A stretch of DNA of 64,000 nt, taken from positions 2,184 to 66,183 of the forward strand of contig JAFGFT010000049.1 in the NCBI GenBank assembly GCA_016930935.1, in the 5' to 3' direction. Made by a program: the position numbers and the translations under genes. Under the pieces are notes generated by a model. It saw only the letters and a program-made list of their open reading frames with translations. It had not been told where the DNA came from and made no database searches. The stretch's first letter is position 1, and every line of letters begins with the position of its first letter. Of the stretch, positions 53,770-61,803 are shown piece by piece. This DNA is from Dehalococcoidia bacterium. Its GTDB lineage: Bacteria; Chloroflexota; Dehalococcoidia; GIF9; AB-539-J10.

Positions 53770-54945
53770 CTACGCTTTGTCCTCACGAGGAACGAGAGGA
53801 CTGATCTTGCGCAGGTCACTGACAACCTGGGAAACCGCATCGACAATACCGTCGACTTCCTCCGTTGTGTTGAATCTGCCGAAAGTGAATCGTATCGAAC
53901 CGTGCGCCCGTTCATGGTCGCCGCCGATGCCGAAAATGACGTGGCTTCCTTCAAGGGAGCGAGAGAAGCACGCGGAGCCGGTGCTGACCGCGAAGCCCCG
54001 CATGTCGAGATGCAGGGTGATGGACTCTCCCTCCACATAGTGGAACGTGACATTCGCGTTCTGAGGTGTGCGGTTGGTGGGGTGCCCGTTGAGCGTGGAA
54101 TGAGGCACCTCGGCAAGCAGCCGTTGTATCGTACGGTCTCTCAAGGCCGCCAACGCCTCGTTTTCCTCAGGAGTGACAAGCGCCGCTGCCTTCGCGAATC
54201 CTACCGCCGAGGGTATGTTCTCCAGACCTGCACGAAGGTCGTATTCCTGGAAGCCGCCGTCCATCCACTTCGCGATAGGGGTCTTCTTTCTTATGAACAG
54301 TCCACCTATTCCACGTGGACCGTGAATGGTGTGGGCTGCGACGCTCATCAGGTCAATCGGCACAGTGTTCATGTCCACCGGCACACGGGTGAAGGAATGC
54401 GTGGCGTCTGTGTGGAAGAGCGTACCTTTCTCTTTGCAGATCTTCGCGATTGTCGAGATGTCCTGTATCGTGCCTATCTCCTGGTTGGCGTGCTGTATGG
54501 ACACGAGTATGGTTTCCTTCGTGATGGCCTTCTGGAGTGCCTCAAGGTCCACTAATCCGTCACCGTCGACAGGCAGATAGGTGACCTTGAAACCCTGCCG
54601 TTCAAGCGCCTGTGCGCTGTGGAGCACGGGGAAATCCTCTATCTTCGAGACGATGATGTGTGTGCCCTTCTTCTGGCCGAGCGCGAGCGCCACTCCTTTC
54701 AGTGCCATGTTGCTCGATTCGGTGCTGCCCGAGGTGAAGATGAACTCCTCAGGTGACGCTCCTATCCGCGCTGCAAGTGAACCTCGAGCACTGTCAAGCG
54801 CTTCGCGGGATTCGATTCCGAGCGAGTATCCGAACTCTGAGGTGGCAACGGCGTAGGTTTCGAAGAAGTAGGGAGTCATGGCCTCGAGGACACGCTCATC
54901 AAGCCGTGTTGCTGCCGCGTTATCCAGGTAGGTGCACTTCTGCAT
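53770..54945 (-). CDS. IscS/NifS-type class V aminotransferase-fold protein lacking the PLP-binding lysine
   Basis: YLDNAAATRLDERV, QHANQEIG, FHTDATH, and active-site loop STGSAC all align with IscS. The SGHK motif reads SVAAHT (Thr206, codon ACC at 54330-54328). Confidence 0.85.
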   Translation of the reverse strand: MQKCTYLDNAAATRLDERVLEAMTPYFFETYAVATSEFGYSLGIESREALDSARGSLAARIGASPEEFIFTSGSTESSNMALKGVALALGQKKGTHIIVSKIEDFPVLHSAQALERQGFKVTYLPVDGDGLVDLEALQKAITKETILVSIQHANQEIGTIQDISTIAKICKEKGTLFHTDATHSFTRVPVDMNTVPIDLMSVAAHTIHGPRGIGGLFIRKKTPIAKWMDGGFQEYDLRAGLENIPSAVGFAKAAALVTPEENEALAALRDRTIQRLLAEVPHSTLNGHPTNRTPQNANVTFHYVEGESITLHLDMRGFAVSTGSACFSRSLEGSHVIFGIGGDHERAHGSIRFTFGRFNTTEEVDGIVDAVSQVVSDLRKISPLVPREDKA

Positions 54946-54969
54946 ATTGTCCTCCCTCTCGATTGCCGG

Positions 54970-55404
54970 CTAGATAAATAGAGTAATACTGGATTCCCGT
55001 GCTTCCTGGATGTATGAACCCACGGCGCAGTAATCTGTGATGATGTCGTCGCGCAGGTCTTCCTTCTTGATGCCCATGAGTTCCATCGTCATGTCGCAGG
55101 CCATCAGCTTTCCGCCCAGCTCAATAAAATCGTCGAGCATCCTGTTCATGCTCGCCACGTTGGCTCGCTTCATACGTTGCTTTATCATCCATTTGCCAAG
55201 GCCGAGCATGTGCATCCTGGACAGGGGGCCTTTGTCGAGTTGGCCCTTCTTGAGGCACTGCAGGCCCCAGAAAGTGAAGAACATGGACGCTTCCATTCCC
55301 ATGGCAAGCGCTCCGTTGGCGATGATGAGTGCGCTGAAGACCTTGTCGAATTCGCCGCTCTGGACGACTATCGTCGCTTTCTCTTCCATTCTCCCTCCCC
55401 TCAT
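54970..55404 (-). CDS. DsrE/DsrF-like (DrsE_2-type) sulfur-relay family protein
   Basis: ATG 55404 overlaps the TusA-like stop (ATGA); an alternative ATG at 55389 follows GGAGGGAGA. About 140 aa, with IVVQSGEFDKVFSALIIANGA and KLMACDMTMELMG. Confidence 0.65.
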   Translation of the reverse strand: MRGGRMEEKATIVVQSGEFDKVFSALIIANGALAMGMEASMFFTFWGLQCLKKGQLDKGPLSRMHMLGLGKWMIKQRMKRANVASMNRMLDDFIELGGKLMACDMTMELMGIKKEDLRDDIITDYCAVGSYIQEARESSITLFI

Positions 55405-55622
55405 CTCCGAATGCGGATAGTCCAGCGTTCTCCATCTTCCTTGACGTCGAGGACTTCCAGCCCCATGGCTCTCGCCGCCATGGGAATCTCTTTCTTTGAG
55501 GAAGGATGGGTGCCCACAACCTCCACCACATCGCCGATGGCGGCCTTTCTCAGCGCCTTCCGGGTTTCCACCAGCGGTACGGGGCAGTTCTGCCCAGCGC
55601 AGTCAACCTTGATCTCTGCCAT
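55401..55622 (-). CDS. TusA/SirA-like sulfurtransferase
   Basis: ATG 55622 is 7 nt after GGAGG (the track start GTG 55628 abuts the SD). Active-site motif DCAGQNCPVPL (CPxP). Confidence 0.8.
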   Translation of the reverse strand: MAEIKVDCAGQNCPVPLVETRKALRKAAIGDVVEVVGTHPSSKKEIPMAARAMGLEVLDVKEDGERWTIRIRR

Positions 55623-55917
55623 TGACACACCTCCGTCCCATCAATGATACCCCAGCACGCAGGGATATGCATTGCCACAAGGATGATTGTGTTCCCTTCC
55701 CGCAGGCGAACTGTCACTCCATTCGAAGTTCGTCACTGGCTTCGGACTGCGCTGCAAAGGAGATATGCACACGTGTCGTACGGGAAACCGTCACGCCTCG
55801 CCACTGCACGAGAGCTTTACAGCGCAACAGGCGATATCCACTACCGAGGGCCTGCCTCCGGCCGATGTCTCCTTTGGCAGCCCCTCGCTTCAGTCAAGAT
55901 GTGTGCTCCAGGTTCTT

Positions 55918-56892
55918 CTACTTGTCGTAGACCTGGCGGTTGATGCAGTTCGGTATGCGTTCTCCCCGCATGCCGATAATTAGTTGTTCTATGGCCATGG
56001 TCCACATCTTTCTACGAGTCTCTATGACTGCGCTGCCGATATGGGGCATGATGAGGATGTTGTCCAGTGTGAAGAGCGGGCTGTCGAGAGGGAGTGGCTC
56101 TGTGCTGGTGACATCGATTGCGGCGCGCAATATCTTGCCTGTCTTCAGCGCGTCGTAGAGTGCTTTATCGTTCACGACGGGTCCGCGCGCCACGTTCACG
56201 AGGATGCTGGTGGGTTTCATCACCGCGAACTCGTCCTTGCCCATCAGGTTTCGGGTCTGGTCCGTCAGGGGAACGGTCAGGATGACGAAATCGGACTCCG
56301 CGAGGAGACCGTGAAGCGTGTCGCGGTATTCAGCACCAAGAAGCGATTCGGCGGTCAGGTCTCGATTACGGTTGTGATAGAGCACGCGCATGTTGAATCC
56401 GTTCGCACGTTTGGCGACGTGGGAGCCTATATGGCCCATCCCGACGATACCGAGCGTCTTGTTATTGACATCGACCCCCGGGAGATCGAGGTGTGCGTGT
56501 GCTTTCCAGCGTCCATCGCGAGCGAACTGCTGTCCTTCCACGACCCTGCGTGCAGCGGCCAGAAGCAGCGCAAAGCCGAGGTCGGCGGTGGTCTCCGTGA
56601 GCACGTATGGCGTATGACCGACCGGGATGCCACGTCGTGTAGCCTCGGCAAGGTCAATATGGTCGCAGCCGTCTCCCATGTTGCTGATGCATTTCAGGTC
56701 AGGCATAGCGTCGAAGACCTCGGCATTGATGCGATTGGCAACGGTCATGATTCCCTGAAGTCCCGGCGCCTCGCGCAACATGGCCTCTACCGGCATCTCT
56801 TCCACACCTTCCCATACCTTGTAGTCATGGATGCCGTCGAGACGCTTCGTGATGTCCCTGAAGAAGTTCTTGCAGATGTAGACGTTGGCCAT
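55918..56892 (-). CDS. D-isomer-specific 2-hydroxyacid dehydrogenase (glyoxylate/hydroxypyruvate reductase-like)
   Basis: Start moved to ATG 56892 behind AGGAGGA. NAD motif GIVGMGHIGSHVA; catalytic region ARGPVV ... MPHIGSA. Confidence 0.85.
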   Translation of the reverse strand: MANVYICKNFFRDITKRLDGIHDYKVWEGVEEMPVEAMLREAPGLQGIMTVANRINAEVFDAMPDLKCISNMGDGCDHIDLAEATRRGIPVGHTPYVLTETTADLGFALLLAAARRVVEGQQFARDGRWKAHAHLDLPGVDVNNKTLGIVGMGHIGSHVAKRANGFNMRVLYHNRNRDLTAESLLGAEYRDTLHGLLAESDFVILTVPLTDQTRNLMGKDEFAVMKPTSILVNVARGPVVNDKALYDALKTGKILRAAIDVTSTEPLPLDSPLFTLDNILIMPHIGSAVIETRRKMWTMAIEQLIIGMRGERIPNCINRQVYDK

Positions 56893-57096
56893 CATTCCTC
56901 CTTGCTGTGCGCGCACGTCCCGCAGGTGAGACGCCTGCCACGTGGAAGTTACCCGTGCGTACTTGCCATGTCAATGGGTTTCAAGTGGCTGGACGGGGTG
57001 ACCAAAGCTGAGGGCAATTCGTCCAAATGTAATGAAAGGAGGAAGCCAAAGCCTCCTCCTTTCACTACCGTCACTCTTGACATCGCGGGGATATCT

Positions 57097-57657
57097 TCAG
57101 GCCTTTGCCTGCTGCTCACGCAACTCGTTCAACTCGTCGAGCAGTCCCTGTTCGAAGATGACCTCCACGGTCCACTTGCATGCCCTGCCGACCACCTCTG
57201 GACTGACCCATGCATGAGCGCCCAGTTCATCCGCCTTCCCGTAGTCGTCTTTGTCAGAAAGGAAGAACGGACGTCCCATAATCTTCGTCTCGATGTCGCG
57301 GCAGATGACCGTGCCGTACTCGTCGATGAACTTCTTGTGTAGAGCGCGGCCAGCCTCGAAGCATTTGAACCTGTTCGTCTCTTCTGTCACGAAGTTGTCC
57401 AGCGCGCGTCCCTTCAGCATTCCGAGAATCATCAGCCCGCCGTCGTAGGCGCCGCAACCGGCATCGCCAAACAGCGCACCGCCACCTGCGAGTCCTGTGG
57501 CAGCTTTGAAGATTTCCGGTGACGATATATCGAGGGCCTCGAAAAGTCCTGCCAGAGACGTCTGGCTGCAGCATCTCTTCTCAAGCTGGGCCTTGTGCCC
57601 TGAGTCGTATGCTTTCTGTGCAATCTCTTCTTTCTGGTCAGGGGTTATCTTCTTCAT
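57097..57657 (-). CDS. C_GCAxxG_C_C-family protein
   Basis: Start moved to ATG 57657 behind GAGGAGGG. Motifs RCCSQTSL and GDAGCGAYDGG. Confidence 0.75.
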   Translation of the reverse strand: MKKITPDQKEEIAQKAYDSGHKAQLEKRCCSQTSLAGLFEALDISSPEIFKAATGLAGGGALFGDAGCGAYDGGLMILGMLKGRALDNFVTEETNRFKCFEAGRALHKKFIDEYGTVICRDIETKIMGRPFFLSDKDDYGKADELGAHAWVSPEVVGRACKWTVEVIFEQGLLDELNELREQQAKA

Positions 57658-58298
57658 GGTGTCCCTCCTCATTGAAGCTGCTTTGCGGCGGATGGCGGCT
57701 GTACAGGGGCTACGTGGAATCAGTCTTGTGGAGCGCACCTGCCATTGTGGTGAGAGTGTAGTCTGAGCGACGTACAGGGTCAATGGATGTGAGTAACCCT
57801 CTGCTGGCTGTATGGTGATGTTGGCAGTCAGTTGGGAGTGCTGTGTCTTGCAGCGCCTCATGGGTAGCTATTGACAAAGGCACTGTCCCCTCCTACTCTG
57901 ACCCAGCGACGCCTCGGGCGTGGCCTTCAATAACACCGCATTCCGCGTGACGTGATAGCCGATAGGAGAGGAGCAGTCGCAGGATGGCGCGGTACCACGA
58001 GGAATCCTCCTCAATCCTGCTGATACTGGCCCATGTTGACCATGCGTGCGGCGATGTCATTGCATCCGTCATTCAACGTCTGTGTGGCCTCGCGGTGCAG
58101 AACGTGAATCTGGTCCCCTCATTCATCAAGAAAGGTCATCCTTGCTTCCGCGTTCTCCGCAGTCATGGCCACAGAGCCGGGACGTGCTGCACCGACTGAA
58201 ACAGCAGAATGTGGAGTGTGCGGTGGCCGCAGGCAGCCAGGTAGGCGTGTTGACAATGTAGTGACCGTGAAGGGCTTCAGGTACATGGAGGAAAGGTA

Positions 58299-59519
58299 AT
58301 GAAAGAATACGGAGACTTCATCAGCGAAGAAGACCGGATGACAATTGCGGCTATCCGGGACTTCGTCAAGGAAGAGATAGTACCAATCAGACAGCAACTC
58401 GATGAGGATGAGGACAGGAAGCTGGTGCACCTGGTACTGGATGGACTTGCGGAGATGGGTTTGCACAAGCGCGGTCTACCGGAGTCGCTCGGAGGGCTTC
58501 GGACTAACGCGGTGTCTCTGACTGTTGGCTATGAGGAAGTGGCGCGTGGTGATTGCGGTATCGCGATGACAATGAGTGTACCGGCCTGGGTCTTTGGACC
58601 CGCGATGCGGGCGCATAACGAGCGCGTGGTGAATGACCTGTGCCCGCCCTACTGCGGCGACGAGTTTGTCGAAGCGTGCCAGGGGATGACGGAGCCAGCG
58701 GGTGGCTGCAACATCGAGAGTGCCGAGTATCGCGGCAAGACAATCCAGACCAGGGCGCGCCTGGAAGGAAGCGAGTGGGTCATCAACGGTGCGAAGCAGT
58801 TTCCCAGTGGCGCCAGCGTGTCAGATGTGTATCTCATCACCTGCACCACGGACCCCGAGTTGATGGAAGAAGGCATCGCACTTATCTACGTGCCGGCGGA
58901 CACGCCGGGACTCTCGTTCAGCAAGCCCGAGAACAAGATGGGCATGCGATTCACGGATGTGAACGCCTCCATCTACCTGGATGATGTGAGGGTTCCTATG
59001 GAGTATCGTGCCTCGAAGGAGCCCATGAAGGACTTTCAGAGCTTCCGCAACTTCCTCTCATGGGGCAGACTCTCCTCCGCAGCCTTCGCCGTTGGTGCGG
59101 CGCAGGCTGCGCTGGATATCGCGCTCGAATTCACGGGACAGCGGTACTATGATGGGAAGCTGGTGAGGCAACACGGACTGCAGGCCAACATGCTTGCTGA
59201 CATGATTATCGGTGTTGAGAGTGCGCGTTTCTACTATCTCACGGTGGCCAGCATGTTCGACAATCGTAAGGTCTATGGTTCGCCATACACTGACGAACAG
59301 ATTGCCCGTGCCACCGGAGCGAAATTGTACGCAGCCGACATGGCCGTGAAGGTCTGCAACATGGCCATGGAATTGACCGGCTCGTACGGCTACATGAAGG
59401 ACTACAACATCGAGAAGTATCTGCGTGACTGCAAGATTATTCAGCTATGGGAAGGTGGAGGCCAGCTTGGCCGCATTGACGTGGCGCGTGGTCACTACGA
59501 GATGATGCCGTTCGTGTAG
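58299..59519 (+). CDS. acyl-CoA dehydrogenase family protein
   Basis: GGAGGAAAGG SD. ACQGMTEPAGGCN and a C-terminal catalytic-Glu region IIQLWEGGGQ. Confidence 0.85.
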   Translation: MKEYGDFISEEDRMTIAAIRDFVKEEIVPIRQQLDEDEDRKLVHLVLDGLAEMGLHKRGLPESLGGLRTNAVSLTVGYEEVARGDCGIAMTMSVPAWVFGPAMRAHNERVVNDLCPPYCGDEFVEACQGMTEPAGGCNIESAEYRGKTIQTRARLEGSEWVINGAKQFPSGASVSDVYLITCTTDPELMEEGIALIYVPADTPGLSFSKPENKMGMRFTDVNASIYLDDVRVPMEYRASKEPMKDFQSFRNFLSWGRLSSAAFAVGAAQAALDIALEFTGQRYYDGKLVRQHGLQANMLADMIIGVESARFYYLTVASMFDNRKVYGSPYTDEQIARATGAKLYAADMAVKVCNMAMELTGSYGYMKDYNIEKYLRDCKIIQLWEGGGQLGRIDVARGHYEMMPFV

Positions 59520-59547
59520 CGTACCTGCTGTCAGTAATTGACATAAG

Positions 59548-59600
59548 AAGAGGGCGCGTCACTATTCGTGTTGACGATGGTGCCGCGCCCTCTTGTTCTG
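59548..59600 (+). terminator. possible terminator hairpin
   Basis: 11-bp stem AAGAGGGCGCG / CGCGCCCTCTT, but with a 25-nt loop, followed by GTTCTG. Weaker than the other terminators. Confidence 0.4.
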
Positions 59601-60006
59601 TAATGTCGCCAATACCAGAACTTGATCATGTGGTTGTGTGGTTGGTACAGAAAAGCCACCATGCGAGGTGCGACGTCTTGAGGGAAGCGATGTCCCTGCA
59701 GTGGCGGTCAACTCGCGGGATGGTTCACCCTGACTTGTTTCGGCCAGGTGATGTTGGCAATTGTCAAATGGTCAACACGGCAATAGCGCGTCAGGTATGA
59801 CCATAGTCCTGTATTCCACATGGAACAATGGTACTTGGTGTCTATGGCAATTGGTACTGGCATATGTCATCACGAGTCAAGTAGGTCGTAAACGAGGTGA
59901 CATTGATTCGTGTACGAAGACCAATAGTTGGTAGAGTTTGAGACAGGTATCAAAGTTCAAGGGCGATACAGCCTTTCGAATGCAAGCCAAAGGAGTACCA
60001 GAGATC

Positions 60007-60216
60007 ATGCCATTAGCAAGTGGAGGAGCGGAATACTACCGGACGAGTGAGGCGGCGAGAACAGTGGGGATTTCCAGGAGTACGCTACTACGCTGGTTGA
60101 GCCAGGGCCGCGTCTCTGTCTCAGAACGTAGAGACAGGAATGGCTGGCGAGTGTTCACAAAGGAGGACCTTGCTGTCCTTAAAGGTGCCGCCGAACACAT
60201 CGAGGAAGTAGTATAG
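60007..60216 (+). CDS. stand-alone MerR-type HTH protein (truncated MerR / excisionase-like), 69 aa
   Basis: Start moved to ATG 60007 behind AAGGAG. YYRTSEAARTVGISRSTLLRWLSQG...RDRNGWRVFTKEDL. Confidence 0.7.
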   Translation: MPLASGGAEYYRTSEAARTVGISRSTLLRWLSQGRVSVSERRDRNGWRVFTKEDLAVLKGAAEHIEEVV

Positions 60217-60492
60217 GATCCCGTCCCTGAACGGTTGAGGAGGGGTTGTGGGGAGTCTTCGCCATGCGTCTTTGTTGGTGTGGGGCGCATGCCAGTTGAC
60301 TTGAGAGTCGCTCTGGCGTTGTGACGCGTTTCAGCGTCAGGCCTGCCCATCAGGATGTGACTGTGCCGCAGGGCAGGCAAAGTGCCGTCTCTGCAGCAGG
60401 TCGAGCGTGTGTCCTGTTCGGTTCGCTTGACACTCATTACAGAGTCTCCTGCTATCGCAACCAGAGCCCAGAACAAAAGTTGAACTGTTGTC

Positions 60493-60729
60493 TCACTCAA
60501 TCACTCCCTGCCCCGTCACAATGGCCACACGGTCAACCCGCGTTGCCTCATCGACCAGCCTGACGAGGTCGTGTTCAGTGAAGAGCCTCCACCCTCGCCG
60601 GTCGCGCTGTTCGATGTCAGGAAGTTGTCCCTCCCTGGTCCATCGCAGGTAGGTGTTCTTACTGATGCCCGCAATCCGACAGGCCTCGGATGTGCGGTAA
60701 TATGTCTGTCCGTTCATCTCTACTGGCAT
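60493..60729 (-). CDS. stand-alone MerR-type HTH protein, paralogue, 78 aa
   Basis: YYRTSEACRIAGISKNTYLRWTREG...RDRRGWRLFTEHDL. Convergent with 60007..60216. Confidence 0.7.
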   Translation of the reverse strand: MPVEMNGQTYYRTSEACRIAGISKNTYLRWTREGQLPDIEQRDRRGWRLFTEHDLVRLVDEATRVDRVAIVTGQGVIE

Positions 60730-60874
60730 CTGGCATCGCCTCGCTTTCTCTCAATATTCTTTTGTACTATCGTTTCGCCTACCAACTCTTGATTCCAAAG
60801 TCTCCTGTTCTTCAAATGCCCGGTCTACCGGCCGTGTTTCTGCCGCCCAACGCGCCATTTCATTGCCTTGCTCA

Positions 60875-60903
60875 TTGACATACTCCACCTCCTCTTCTAC
60901 CAT
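60875..60903 (+). promoter_or_regulatory. candidate sigma70-type promoter
   Basis: TTGACA (60875-60880), 17 nt, TACCAT (60898-60903), 43 nt upstream of GTG 60947. Confidence 0.35.
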
Positions 60904-60946
60904 GGTCATGGTACTCAGGTACTAGTCCACTCTTGGGAAAGAAGTT

Positions 60947-61273
60947 GTGACAACGGTGACGAGAGTATTCAGATGGGCGGAGCACATCGTGCTCATTGTC
61001 CTTCTCCTGGTATTGCTGTCTGTGATTACGCCATTCGGACGCGCGTCCGGCATTGTGGCGTCGAGCACCCCGTCCGTCTCTGCTGATGTGGTCGAGTTGG
61101 ACGCGTCTGAATTGTCCGATGGCTTGGTGGGGCTGCTTCCCGATATCGGCCAGATATACCGCACCGCGGTTGCCTACCCTCTCCAGAAGGCGCGCGGGGA
61201 CATAACCGACCCCGAACTCCTCGAGTTCTACGACGGCTATCTGCAGGCAATCGGCTTCGCGCCAGAGCCGTGA
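60947..61273 (+). CDS. hypothetical protein with N-terminal TM/signal anchor
   Basis: GTG start. HIVLIVLLLVLLSVITPF hydrophobic segment, then an acidic soluble part. Preferred over the Arg-rich antisense ORF 60872..61336. Confidence 0.4.
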   Translation: MTTVTRVFRWAEHIVLIVLLLVLLSVITPFGRASGIVASSTPSVSADVVELDASELSDGLVGLLPDIGQIYRTAVAYPLQKARGDITDPELLEFYDGYLQAIGFAPEP

Positions 61274-61325
61274 AGCCCGGTCAGCATCCTCGAGTCGTCG
61301 TGCAGCAAGACTAGTACGTGACCTT

Positions 61326-61733
61326 TCAGCACTCATCGTATGCTCCTCCTGTTACTGTATCGTTCAGCGCTGCTTCCGCCTCTATCGTGGCTCTCAGTTC
61401 AACGAAAAGCCTCGAGCGAACAAATCGGCAATAGAGGGCCAATGCGACTCCGATGACCACAAGTGTCGCCGAAAGGAGCAGGAGTCCTGCAACCACGTCG
61501 ATTCCGCCGATTGTGCCTCCCAGGGGGCTGAAAGCAACTGCAGTCTCGGGGCCATACCGTGCCCTGCTCAGCATTGTGGCCATGGGAGACAGTAGCGAGA
61601 GTGTCAGCACCAACAGGGCTGATATGAGGACGGCGCCCCAGCCCAGCACCTCGTTGTGCCGTGTCTCTGCAAGTCTCTCACGGAGGTCCACTACCTCTGC
61701 CCTTCCTATCCCTATCTCCTGTCCTATGTGCAT
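61326..61733 (-). CDS. 2-TM membrane protein
   Basis: 135 aa, two long hydrophobic helices. Downstream of the Ig-repeat surface protein gene on the same strand. Confidence 0.5.
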   Translation of the reverse strand: MHIGQEIGIGRAEVVDLRERLAETRHNEVLGWGAVLISALLVLTLSLLSPMATMLSRARYGPETAVAFSPLGGTIGGIDVVAGLLLLSATLVVIGVALALYCRFVRSRLFVELRATIEAEAALNDTVTGGAYDEC

Positions 61734-61803
61734 TGTCTATCCTCCCGGACTCCTCTCGACTGGTGCGCTGTGGAGGAGTCCTCTCTGTGATGCTTGTTCT
61801 TCG

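Noticed and set aside
55984-57342. 452-aa plus-strand ORF
   Set aside because: Antisense to the 2-hydroxyacid dehydrogenase and C_GCAxxG genes, both of which have motifs and strong SD boxes.
60036-60500. 154-aa minus ORF in the convergent HTH spacer
   Set aside because: Antisense to the 60007..60216 HTH gene for a third of its length. Arg/Ser/Thr-rich with no SD.
60872-61336. 154-aa minus ORF
   Set aside because: Arg-rich, with no hydrophobic or motif features. The plus-strand ORF 60947..61273 has a promoter-like element and a signal-anchor.
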